The notes below the pieces were generated by a model. That model saw only the letters and a list, made by a program, of their open reading frames with translations, did no database searches and was not told the DNA's origin. Positions 23,901 through 35,175 of a stretch of 64,000 nt of DNA are shown piece by piece. The stretch comes from Marsupella aquatica (Eukaryota > Plantae > Marchantiophyta), in assembly GCA_973895155.1 (NCBI GenBank), contig OZ316894.1, positions 13,246,828 to 13,310,827 on the forward strand, in the 5' to 3' direction. The number at the start of each line of letters is the position of its first letter. The stretch's first letter is position 1. Made by a program: the position numbers and the translations under genes.

Positions 23901-24777
23901 GAATTGGGGTTGCTTCCTCTTGTAGCAGGATGGATGGATCCTAGGAGACTCGTTTCTTATGCTTTGGCCTTGGGGTTTCAGCCTCGGGCAATGCTTTGGT
24001 AGGTTCCCGGTCAGTAGGGTCAGCATCGGTAGAGGAAGCATCAGCTCCCTGCTTAGATGGAGCCGTATCCTCCGTATCCTCCGAGTTGATGGCTTGCACT
24101 TGCTGTTCATCCACCGGAATGCTAGAGAAGCTCGGGGTGGTCCCGCCTATAACGACCTTTGGGTAATTCAGGAGATGCGTCTCCCGAGTTGCCTCTATTC
24201 CAAAAACATCTTCCTTAGAAAGGGATGAGATGAGCTCAATCATATTGAGCTCTTCTTCCTCCAAGGTCTCTGAATCATACTCCTTGGGTCCCTGTGGAGT
24301 CTCGCCCTGATAATTGTCCATCGCCCAGGATGCTCGTACCATGGGTGTCCCAAATCGTAGTTCCTTCTTTCCCCAGTTTGTGACTACGCGGCCACCGTAC
24401 AGCCACGGCCTTCCCAATAGGACCGGGTAAGAAGATGGTCGGACCGGCCTCATGACCAAAAAGTTTAGATAAAACTCCACACCTCCTACAAGGGTGAGAA
24501 CCTCGGTGAGCGTGCCCAGGGGGAGTACTCTTGCACCATTTGCTAATCAAATAGCTTGGGTTGTGGGTTGATACATGAGGTACCCCAATTTTATAGATGT
24601 TTCCTTAGTCATAATATTGACTCCCACTCCGCCGTCCATGAGAACCATCTTGATGGTACAGCCCTTGATCTCAATCGAGATGTCCGGTGCCCCCAGGTCT
24701 TCGCAGATCATATTACAATCCACAACACCAACACGTGGTAGCCGTCTTCTCTGTCGGCCCGTGAGCAACTCTCTCAA
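20920..24777 (-). pseudogene. pol: element B protease-RT-RNaseH-integrase, fragmented
   Basis: VLMDGGVGVNIM protease, ICQDYRKLN, FIDD, AIDYIGP, KANELTER, spread over several frames with stops. Confidence 0.9.
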
Positions 24778-24899
24778 TTGTTGCCGGTATTGGGGATTAT
24801 TCTGGAGTAGTTATCCTACTGTCGCTGTGACTGGGCAACTCTTCACATCTTGCCAAATATTGTATTCCTCCTTCTTTTCTTCCTTTGGCTGTTGCTTTG

Positions 24900-26812
24900 C
24901 TTTCGCTTCCCGCTTCTCCTGCTCTTCTCGTTGAGCGGCCTCAGTTGCTTTTAGGTCTTTATCGATCGCTTTCTAGTACTCTCATGCTTCGTATGCTTCC
25001 AACTGTTGCTTTACCAACTCTTTGATGCGGGGATAGAATAGCTTTGGGTCATCCCAACGGTAGTCGTCGTCCTCCTCCGAGGGTATTTCTATCGTTGGCT
25101 GCACTGGCATGGTATCTTGCTTCCGTCAATGTTTCTCTTCCTGTTTCTCTTGCTTTTGTTCGGATCTGGTTGACACTTGGTAACATTTGGCCTCATTTGA
25201 CGGATTGGGGTGTTTCGTTACATCAACCAGGTTGACCCACTCGGTGGTATCATCTTGCCATTCTACGGTGATCATTTGAACGACTGCATCGCTTGGAGCT
25301 GGTCCACTTGGGGCCGGCCTAGCCGCGCTTGCTCGTGCGGCTATCACCAATGGGCAATTAGCTGTGGAATGAGCCTCCGTTTTGCAAACTTGACACAGTG
25401 GCATGCCTCGGCCATCTCCTTGCCGTTTTTGTTCAGTGCATTCCCTTGCAAAGTGACTGGGCTTCTCACAGTTGTAACAAACTGGGGATCGCCAAATCCC
25501 TGGCTTAGGAGGAATGCTCAAGTTACTTATAACTTGGAAGCCTCTACCACGATTTGGGTATGGATATGCAGTTATGCCAGCCAAATTTCAAGGACCCACC
25601 GTAGAAATCTGATACACGGAGTCAGGGGGTTCTTTGAAGAAGTACTTCGTGGACTCCGGTTCTGGCCCCGGGCTGTCGACATCATCCAATTCCACTTGAT
25701 GGACTCGATGCTTCCATCTTGGGCATTCTTGCACCGCATGGCCCGATTGGAAGCACTTGGAGGACCAAGCATGCGCTCGGGTTTTGGATGGCTTCTTCTT
25801 CTCCACAGGCTTCTCCGCAAGATGTACCAACAATGCCTTGAGATGATCAGTGATTTCATTGAGTTTGTCTGTTCGGCAGCCTTGGGATCTGGTACCATTC
25901 TTTGAACGCGGGGCTTGACTTTCTCCTCCTTAGCGCACCATTTCTTCTTCTTGCTTCGGGCCTTGCTCTCCAAATCACTACCCAATGAGCTTGAGGTGGA
26001 GGAGCCACTAGTTGAAGTGAAATCTGAACTAGATCCCGTCTCTGAACTGGACGAGGTCAAATGATGTTTCTTCTTCTTCTTGCGCTTCTTCTTCGTCTTG
26101 TTGTCTGATTCGGAGTCAGTGTGACTGAAGGTCTGGTACTTGCTCTTCTTTTGTCATGCCCATTGGCTTTGTCGGGAGTTATAGGTGGACTCCCTGTATG
26201 TTTTGACGCACGCAATGGCTGCCTACATTGAAATTGGGTTATTTTGGCGTACCCAAAATTGCATATCCGTTGGCAATCCATGTAGAAACCACGTAAGCTG
26301 GAGCGCATCGCCTAGCTTGGGCCAGATCTTGGTAGTGAGTTTTTGGAACTTCTGAATGAATTTTTGCAAGAACTCCTTCTTCCCCATGCAAAGTTGACCA
26401 ATCTTCAACAAGGAACGCTGCTCCGCTCCAATGGCACAAAACTCTTGTAACAACGCGGCTTGGAATTGTGGCCATGTGATTATGGGCTGCAACAAGTTGT
26501 ACCATGGACGAGCTTCTCCTCGTATTACTCAGAGAGAATTGTCAACTTAATGGTGTCCTCTCTGTTGGCCTTAGCAGTGGCTTCAAACTCATCCAACCAT
26601 TCATCCGGATCGTCCCCATGACGTCCCTTGAAAGGTCGGTAATGAAACCGTGATTGCTGTGATACTTGTGGGGGAGCTTGGGCCGCACAAGCCACAGCCG
26701 GAGGGGCTGCTGCCATGGGTACTGGTGGCGGAGGTGGCGCTGGCAGTGGTGCACCAAGGGCCGGACCAGGATCTGCTGGACCGGATCTTGAAGGTCTTGG
26801 TGGTATGTTCAT
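24900..26812 (-). pseudogene. gag: element B gag, fragmented
   Basis: FKGRHGDDPDEWLDEFE, ITWPQFQAALLQEF, WFLHGL, and zinc knuckles CFQSGHAVQEC, CYNCEKPSHFAREC, CQVCKTEAHSTANC. Confidence 0.85.
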
Positions 26813-27031
26813 CCGTCAAGGCGATTGTGAGTCCTCCAAGTCTGAAGATTTGGAACTTGTTGTGGTTGCACTCTCTCATTCGCTTATCAATCTCCTTAAG
26901 TAAGCCGCTTGAGAACGAGTGACAGGCATCTACTCTTATAAATGTAATGGTTAGCAACTATTTGGGGCCCAAGGTCCTGTGATCAGGTACATACGCACAT
27001 GTCTCTATTAGACTACTATACTTAGAATGCC

Positions 27032-27048
27032 CCCTCCATCTAGCGCCA
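27032..27048 (-). promoter_or_regulatory. putative PBS of element B
   Basis: TGGCGCTAGATGGAGGG, similar to the TGGCGCTAGAAGGAGG motif of Tat-type elements, 13 nt downstream of the LTR end. Confidence 0.65.
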
Positions 27049-27061
27049 AAAACAAAGGCTA

Positions 27062-28368
27062 TGTCATGCCGTAAGCTTCATCCTTACACGGATTTTGGCT
27101 TAGACGGGCATAATCTTCATTAGTTTTGAGGGTTCGGGCAAGGAGGGATGTGCAAACTGAACCTTACTCCCGTAATCTAGCGCTAAGTGCGCCTAGTCCT
27201 ACTTACAAAAATGTCATGGGTATAGTTTGTGTTCCGCCGCCGAAATGTACCTTAAGTCGATAGTTGGATCAACCCCGGCTTAAGGACTTCTAAGCCTTTG
27301 TGTTGTCCACCTCCGATCCAGATCCGATGATACGGGTATCCAACCCAGGCTCGCAACCACTATCCACAGCCGACACCCCGTGCACAACTCGTATAATGCG
27401 TTTGGCCAAGCATTCTCTACCCATATACAAGATTCATACATGCAACTGAGCTCACAAGCATTCAATCTTGGTTTACAGGAAGGAAATGGTGGGAAAAGAC
27501 TTTACTTCAGACCCCATCATACAGATACACACGGTTGACTCAACATCTCTTGAGTGAACAGGCCCAACGGCAGAGAGGCGTACACTACAACGGAGCCCGG
27601 CTCTGCACTCGCCCAACAAGCTTAGTCGTACCCTCCCTCCTTGGTGCTCTTTTACTCACAAAGACTGGGACTGCCCGCACATACTGCGGATGCCCGGTTC
27701 TGAAACTAAATCCCCCCCCCCCGGCCTCTACCGGGGGGTGCACTAAATACTAAGAGCCAGGGCTTGGAGTGGCCACGTGCTCAAATCTATGCTATCCAAG
27801 ATTCTAAACTCTGCTAATTATTAGGCTGTAAAATGGTGTGTCTTATTCTAAGATTCTAACTACGAAGGTCGGTTTGGATAGGATAGCGTTGCTAACTAGT
27901 TTTGGTGCTTGTCCTTATCGTCTGACTACCCTACTCCTAACTCTATCCTAAACCTACTCCGCCCGCTAATGTCTGGCACGCTTGCCAAACCCGCCTGAGT
28001 TGGATTTGGAGCAACCATCCCGTTGCCTCCTGAGCCGGTCGGCGTCCTGCTTGAGCAACAGAGATTTGTTCTCTTGCTTCGCCATGTCCGTCTCCTTCGC
28101 GGCTTCCTGGCACACCTCTTCCAATTGTTGGGCGTCGCTTGTCAGCTTGTCCACCAATTGGGCTTGTTTTGTGGCTTCTCCTTGAATCCCTACCACTTCC
28201 GCCTTCAGGGCGTCTATCTTGGCTGCATCTTGCTGGGCCTAGGCGTCGGCCTCTTCCACATCTTTTTGCCAGATGACAGCTTGTCCCTTCATATGGTCAA
28301 TCTGGGTTCGGAGCCGTGCAATCTCGGCATCCTTCCTGACTCCGGCCTGTTCTGCCAAGGCTGCTCGG
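27062..28368 (-). repeat. 5' LTR of B (3' portion), including the C-terminus of the LTR ORF
   Basis: Ends CATGACA at 27062, homologous to 17750-18562, and continues directly into ..KLTSDAQQLEEVCQEA..GGFGKRARH (27966-28368). Confidence 0.88.
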
Positions 28369-29795
28369 TGTCGTCAGGATGGATAATAGAGAAGGGGAAG
28401 TGAAGGCCTTAATTTTGAGTTGGAGGTATTTGGTGAAGGATTGCAATTTGGGTGTGACTTTTGTTGTACTGGAAAACGGCTAATAAGACAAAAGAGGAAT
28501 AAAAAAGTGAAAGTTGAAGCTTAGGCTTAAGGAATTGGAGGCATTTATTGTGGAAGTGACATGTGGTGGGCTGGGAGGATTCAAATTCATACGGACATGT
28601 TGGAGATGGCAGTTGGAGGCACGGAGGACGTTAGAGGGATTCTCGAGAAGGAGTTGACAGGAAGGAGGAAGCAAGAAAAGGGATGCAAACGGGAATGGAG
28701 GCAGTCGATAAGTGTTCAGGTGAAGAAGGGGATAAGGAGGATGGGAGAAAGAGGGCACTGGAAGTTGATGTCAAGAGGAAGAGCGCTAGGGAGAGCTCAG
28801 AAGGGAGAAAGGAGATTTACAGCCAAGGACAGGATTTTGGTGTGAAAGATTTTGAGGGAAGAGATGTGCGCTCGGGAGTTCAGAGGAAAAGGGGGAGATG
28901 AATTTGGACGAGTAGTGGGAGGGGGATTTTAAAAACTTCACAAAGAAATGCTGAGGCGGGCGATAGGCTGCCGATCGTCATTGGAAGGAAGAAAGAAAGA
29001 GAATTTTTGAGAAGTGCATAGCAGGACGGCGTTGGAGAGTTGAAAGGATATGCGATTGTGAAGGGAAGCTCTCGAGGGGAGTTCAAAAAAAGAGGTGGAA
29101 ATCGATGGACTGGGAGGGTATGCGCGCGCAATCTGAATTCAGAGCTTTCAAGTGAATAGGGGACTTCAGTGGAAGAGAGGGAATGGAAGTCGAGGCTGGT
29201 TTAAGGTTACAGTTTTCTTTCTGGAAGGAAAGCGAAGGCGCGACGGAGGTTCAGGAACAAAAAGAATAAGGAGGAAATCAGCCGTCTGGGGTGAACAAAG
29301 AAAAGAGGCTGGGATTGAAGAGAGAATTTGGTGCCTGAAGATCGCAAATGCCGTGAGAAGGATGATTCCGAGTAATTGATGTCAGAGATAGCAAAGCCTT
29401 GATGCTGGGTGATTGAGGGTGTGGAACTTTGTGAGATTCGGAAAGGAGAGTGGAGAACAAGGAATGAGCGAGAAGGAATTCAATGCTTGGAAATCGCGAA
29501 CGCTGTTGGAATTAGGAATTTTTTTCAGGTGAATGAAGGCTGAGCTGACGAAGCTGCGAGTGCTACAGGAGGTTTCCAAATTCTCTGCTGTCCGAAGCGG
29601 AACAAGGCGGAGTGAATTCAGGAGATACTAAGTGGAGAGGCGATTCAGAGGTTGTGGCGATTCCGGGGTTGTGATCTGAGAGCGAAGGAGTTGAATAAAG
29701 AAATTGAAAGCACTAAGAAGTTTGAGTATGTAAGGAGATTTGAGGGGAAAGTTGGGAGATTATGGGTGAAGAAAGTGCATGGGTGAAGAAAGTGC
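28369..29795 (-). mobile_element. decayed LINE-like (non-LTR) retrotransposon fragment
   Basis: Homologous to 43310 onward and shares the same terminus. Minus-strand remnants resemble LINE RT motifs (..KKIPNSNSVRDF.., FSTLLS..SPSIKALLS..SIT.N, DD) and a C-terminal CxxC..H..C knuckle. Confidence 0.5.
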
Positions 29796-30013
29796 AGTGT
29801 CCTGGATAGAGACATTGGATCCTCACGTGAGTTGGCATGCCTGTCCCCAGTTGTTAATTACCTGAATTCATATGAGTTGTCCTTTGTCCTCAAAGTTCAA
29901 ATGGGCCTTTCAATTAAACTCCACATCACATAACTTGCATGAACGCAAAGAAAGGGTCAATCCCAATGAAAGACCCAATGATGGAGAGTTCAACAGGGAA
30001 AGAAACTGGAGAA

Positions 30014-31738
30014 TTAGTTGTCAGCAAAACCTGCCCATAGTGGAGCCCACAAGTGGTCTATACTGTCATTTCTTAATTTGAAATGATTGTCTTTGTTATT
30101 AATCTCCCTATTTGCCTCTAGGAACTCCAACAAAGGCATGACTCCATGTGTAAGAGTTGGAGTTGAAGACCTCAAGTATGGAGTATATTGTTCACCTTTC
30201 TCATCCTTCAAGATCATATTATGCAACACCACACATGCCATTTAAATGTTAGTCAAATTTGACTCAAACCAAGATCTGGCTGGCCTATTGAGGTCTCAAA
30301 CCTGGCTTGTAGAACCCCAAAGGCCCTCTCCACATCTTTTCTAGCACCCTCTGGCACCTAGTAAAGTGACTCAATTTTTCAGTCTGTGGTGATTGCATTG
30401 TAGAAATGAACATAGACCACTTTGGATATATCCCATCCACTAGTAGATATGCTCGTCTGTACTCAACACCGTTGACATAGTAGGAAACATTGGCAGAATC
30501 ATTCACTACCCACTCATTGAGAAGGGGCGACCTGTCCAAAACATTAAGGTCATTGTTGCCCCAAACCAGCCCCCAAAATGCATGCCAAATCCAAAGTTCC
30601 TGATCAGCAATAGCCTCATGTATAATTGAATTGGTCTTATTTTTGTTGCTGTACTGACCTTGCCATACTACAGGGTGCGCAGTTCTCCACTGCCAGTGCA
30701 TGCAATCCGAGGACCCAATCATTCCAGGAAAACCTCTGGCCTGGTTAATTTCAAGGTGGTTCTGGACATCCTGAGCAGTTGGCTTCCTCAAATACCTCTC
30801 TTGAATGGTATAGTTTTCTGCTGGCTTAATTTGACAAACGTGTACAATGATTCTAAAGCTATGGCCCCTGCAATTCTAATACTCATCCATTGCATCTGCT
30901 CCGACTCCATAAGCTAGTTGTCATAATGCTGCAGTGAGTGTTTGCTATGGAGATTGAGGTGGAGATAAACCAGGTTTCCTTGCAATATCACACTTCAATT
31001 GGAAGTATTTGTCGTGTGCACACACAACAGACAAAATTTTATTGAACAAATAATTGCTCATCCTATACCCCCTTCTATATAAGAGCTCCCCATAAGTAGG
31101 ATTCTCTGCAAAATAATCATGCCACAAATCTACGGCACCTTTTTCTCTCTTCCTATCCACACGTTCTTGCTCTTGCCTAGTCTAGATCCTCCATGCTTCC
31201 CTTTCCTTGGTCTTGTCAAGATGGTGGTGATGGTGAGTGGTCCACTGTACATCATCATCTCCCATAATTGCTCCTCTTCATCCCAATCTGCTTCATTGTC
31301 CTGTACCTTTAAAAAAAATCAGATCCCCATCTTTCTATGCTGTCCATGCAGTCAACCGAAGCAGTACAGTAACAATTATTTAAAAAATTGCTCAAACTTG
31401 CCCAAATGTCCACCAGATTCACGTGAACTCTACCAACAGCATTCACAACTTCTCACACATCAGATTTCTGGCAAAGCACGAGCACTACAGCAATGGCTTT
31501 TGGCACTACTGCAAGGACAAGAACTGAAGGTGCAGAGCACATAGGGTTCAGTTGGACTTGTGGCTAGTTTGAACAGGGCCAAGAGCAATTCAAACCATGA
31601 TTAAAGGATGGCTGCCAAAAATCCCACTACCGCTGGAGATTGTAGCGCGGATGGAGGTCACGGCTATTTTATGGTGTTGAACCTTACAGGGAAAATTTGG
31701 GTTTGGAGGTCAGCGACCTCCAAACTGCTGGAGATGCT
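30014..31738 (-). mobile_element. PIF/Harbinger transposon remnant with a frameshifted DDE transposase (~30014-31300)
   Basis: RGFPGMIGSSDCMHWQW, EAIADQELWIWHAFWG, NNDLNVLDRSPL, YLLVDGIYPKW, ACVVLHNMIL. One TIR-like end CTGCTGGAGATGCT at 31725-31738. The other end and the Myb ORF were not seen. Confidence 0.9.
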
Positions 31739-32057
31739 TATTGCTCTTGTATCACGGATTCAAGCCCATCGCTTAAAAAAATTTGCAAGTACATTACCGC
31801 ATTTTCAAAACGAGTGTGACGTCTTGACAACTTACTTGACAAGGTCATCAAAGTTGTCAACTATTTGCAAAACCTTACCTTTGACTGGGAGATGTGTCCA
31901 TTGTTTGAGAGCTTCTAGATCTTTGTTTAAGCTGAAGTTTTTCTAGCATGGTCTCTTATGTCGGTTTTATTTCCCAAGTTTTTGAAGATAGTTTGCTCCA
32001 TTTTGTATAAACACAAAGATGGTCAAAATTTATATATCATGATCGATGCTCCTGAGG

Positions 32058-32250
32058 AGGTGTTTACAAATGACAAGAAACAGGAAACAGTAACAGCAAA
32101 CTGGTCACAGAAAAATGAGTGGTAATTGTTTTGAAATTTTATTTTGAAGTTTTGATTTTGATTTTGTCACCATCATATTGCTAGCGCCCGGAGCTAGAAA
32201 CAGCAGCGCTTGATGCTACCAAAAAAATGTCATGTTTTTAATTATTTAAT
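32058..32250 (+). mobile_element. truncated copy of the Mutator-like MITE at 58635-59003
   Basis: Same start AGGTGTTTACAAA..GACA..AAACAGGAAACAG, the T-rich tract and the GCTAGCGC motif. Confidence 0.65.
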
Positions 32251-35175
32251 GTTATCCTATTCTTATAGCCTTCTGGTTCTTTTTGGTTTTGGTACATTGT
32301 TTCCGGTGTTGGAATTTGTTGGTCTTGATTAATTAGCTTACAAATTTTAGCTTATAATCATTAGCTTAGGTATTTTATGGAGGGTATTCCTCCCTAGATG
32401 GTGTTAGCTAAGTGGGACAGTGAGGGCTGCTGGCCTGGTGGTTGACTTCCCCCCCTTTTTTCACAGATTTGGGATTGTGGGGGCTATGTGCTTTGGAGTA
32501 TAGCTACTGTGGGTTGATATCATAGTTAAGTGGTTCTTTTGGTTCTGATAGCTGTTCTGGTATGGGGGCATGGGTTGGAGGCTGGGTGCACCTTCCACGG
32601 CCAGTATACATATTCTGGTCTCCTTGAGAGAATTCTCTTTTTGTTTTATTGTTTTCGGTGCTGGGTGCTTCCCCCTTGCTGTGGAGTTCGGTGGCTTAAA
32701 TAAAATTCTAAAATATATTTTGAGTAAAATATTAGAATTTTTTTTGTTTTTTTTTGTCTTGAATGGAAATGGGGAGGAAATACAATTAGACTCCCCCCAT
32801 CCCAATGTGACAGTTTTTCTATAGAACCCAGACCAGGGTGAGCCCCAACGGATCCGACAGGGACCCGCACCAGGAAGGAAAGAGGATTAAATCAGGGCCA
32901 CAAAGTGGACGACTAGGGGCCGGGCAGATAATCAGAACTCCAATCCACTACCCACAAAACCCATCCCCTAGCCAATTGACCTAAGCCAATTGGTTAAATA
33001 TTAGAGTTATCAATAATTAACATTTTGGAGTTTTTGTGGGGTAGTAGTGGTGTAGTGTGTAGCAGCGGGGCTGACCCGGAGTCAGTTCGTTCAAAAGGGA
33101 CTTGTCAAGTAGTAATCCATCTTTGCTGTCCATCGAGTCCAAAAGATACTCGAGGGGCCATTCGTAGGCCTGGGGTTTTTGGCCTTACTCCGACGCATCG
33201 CAGTGAAGCTGACACGTCGTCCCACAAGACCACAAGTCATCCGTTGTCTTTCTGGTTGGCATTTGAAGCCCACCTAGAGGCAGGCGATGATGATGCTTCC
33301 AGACCAGCAGGGGGTTAGCGGAGGAGTGATGTCCAAGGAGATTCCGGAGATTTCAGAACATGATACACGCAAGGCGAGGTCATGATTGGAGGAGTCACCT
33401 TACCAAACGAAGGAAATTAGTTTCTTTCGTTCCGACGAGGTCCTCGGCGTCTTCACGAGCTATTTGCATTTTGGGGGAAAAGTAAGGAAGGTCCGGAATA
33501 TAGGAATTCCTTTGTTTTGTTGCGCAGAAGACCCAGGACGAATCACCTAGAAACTTGCCCGGCAGAATTCAGCAGTCGAACGACATAGACAGACAGACAA
33601 TTACTGAGTGTGGAGCTAGTAGCAGAGTAGCTGCAGCAGAGGAATGTGTTTGGGATCAGTGAAGGAGATATACAGGAGAAGTGTTGAACGTCGTGGAGCT
33701 GCTTAGCTCTTTGGTTTCTGTGTGGAGAAGAAGTAGGGGCGTTGCAGGAGGGGAAGATGGACGGATAGAAATTCATATTTGCCTTGGTGTTGTTTCGCTC
33801 AGCTGGAGGGGAGTCTTACTAGCGGCAACTGCAATAAAACACGTTTGATGGTGTGTTAAAAGGGTACGAGACGAGGAGGCCTCTAAAGTAGCAGAGGATT
33901 TCAAGGCTATCGGAGCAGTTTAGTATCGATTCAGCCGCCTCAATTAGTTTGTGTGCGCGTACGGTGCACGAGAACTACCAAAGGAGCCTCATCGAGCTAG
34001 GTGAGTAAAGTTATTGAAACTATTATCTCTGTCGATGGAGAGTCAGAGCTCCAAATCCACAACTACCACCAGAGGTTGCTGGCCATCGGTTAGGAAAGGA
34101 GAGATTTCTCTGTTTTCAGATGAAATATTTGGAGTGACCCAATCGCAGAAATGATTTTGTATCCTTCATGTTCGTGATACCTCCCATTAGTAGACCAGTT
34201 TGTCACTCTATTCATGGCGACTCCATTAGTGAAGGTCAGCAGACGCATCATGCATGCAGGTAAGAGTCGTAGTGCAGCATGAAGTGATTAAATATGAAAG
34301 GAAATTGCTTGTACGGAGTGAGAGATAGATAGATATTCATTTAGAGAATTCCTGTACAGAGAGAAGGAAACTGTAGCCTGTGCTCGGAGAATTAAGGGGG
34401 AATGATGTGCCTGAGTCAGATTCTAGAAGCAGAGAGTCGAAGACATAGATATGTAAGTCGGTTACTGGTTTCACAAAACGACTGTACCTCGCCAACAAGT
34501 CTATCACTCTACTGGTAAGAGTTACGTCATACACTGCACCGATAGCCAGCAATTGGCGAATCTTTAGTGAGGCTCTGCCCGATGAGGGTCATAGTAATAC
34601 CATTCTAGTAACAGGAATTGATGTGAGCCCATCCTTCATGATAGGAACTGTTCTTCTGAACTGCTCACATGGAGAGAAGTCTTCAAAAGTTTTAGGAGTG
34701 GGAGATTTTTCAGAAGTTTCAGATGAGTATAAATGGACAGTTGGATGTTTTAGGGAATCCGAGCGGGACATCAGATCAACAGTGGCCAGATTGGAGATTG
34801 AAGCTGTTGTTTACCCGATGATATCGGCAATCCACCCAGCACCCTCAACTTTAGCTGATAATATTCGCTGAATGTGATATTAAAAGACTTTTTTAAAGAG
34901 TTGTAAGTTTTATTAATTTTTCCCGTCCATATTTCTTTGGTCTGAAGTCTGGGGGTAGTGCATATATGTTTGCATGGCTAATGTTTTTCGGCTAATGAAT
35001 GTCCATATCTCAGGACTCATATATCGTACTTGCCTTGTGTGCAGAGTAACTAGTTTAGAGTCAATAGTCTCGAAAGACTGGACAAATTTTCTGGTCTTCG
35101 TCAATCGAAGGAGGGGGAAAGCAAGAGAGCAGGGCAACGCATTCCCAGGATCTGGCAGGTATCGAGGTGACGTTC

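Larger units (their letters stand above)
19372..28368 (-). mobile_element. older, degenerate Ty3/gypsy element 'B', sister subfamily of A
   Basis: 5' LTR remnant 28368-27062, PBS, fragmented gag-pol homologous to A, PPT, and 3' LTR 20952-19372 interrupted by element A. Confidence 0.9.
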
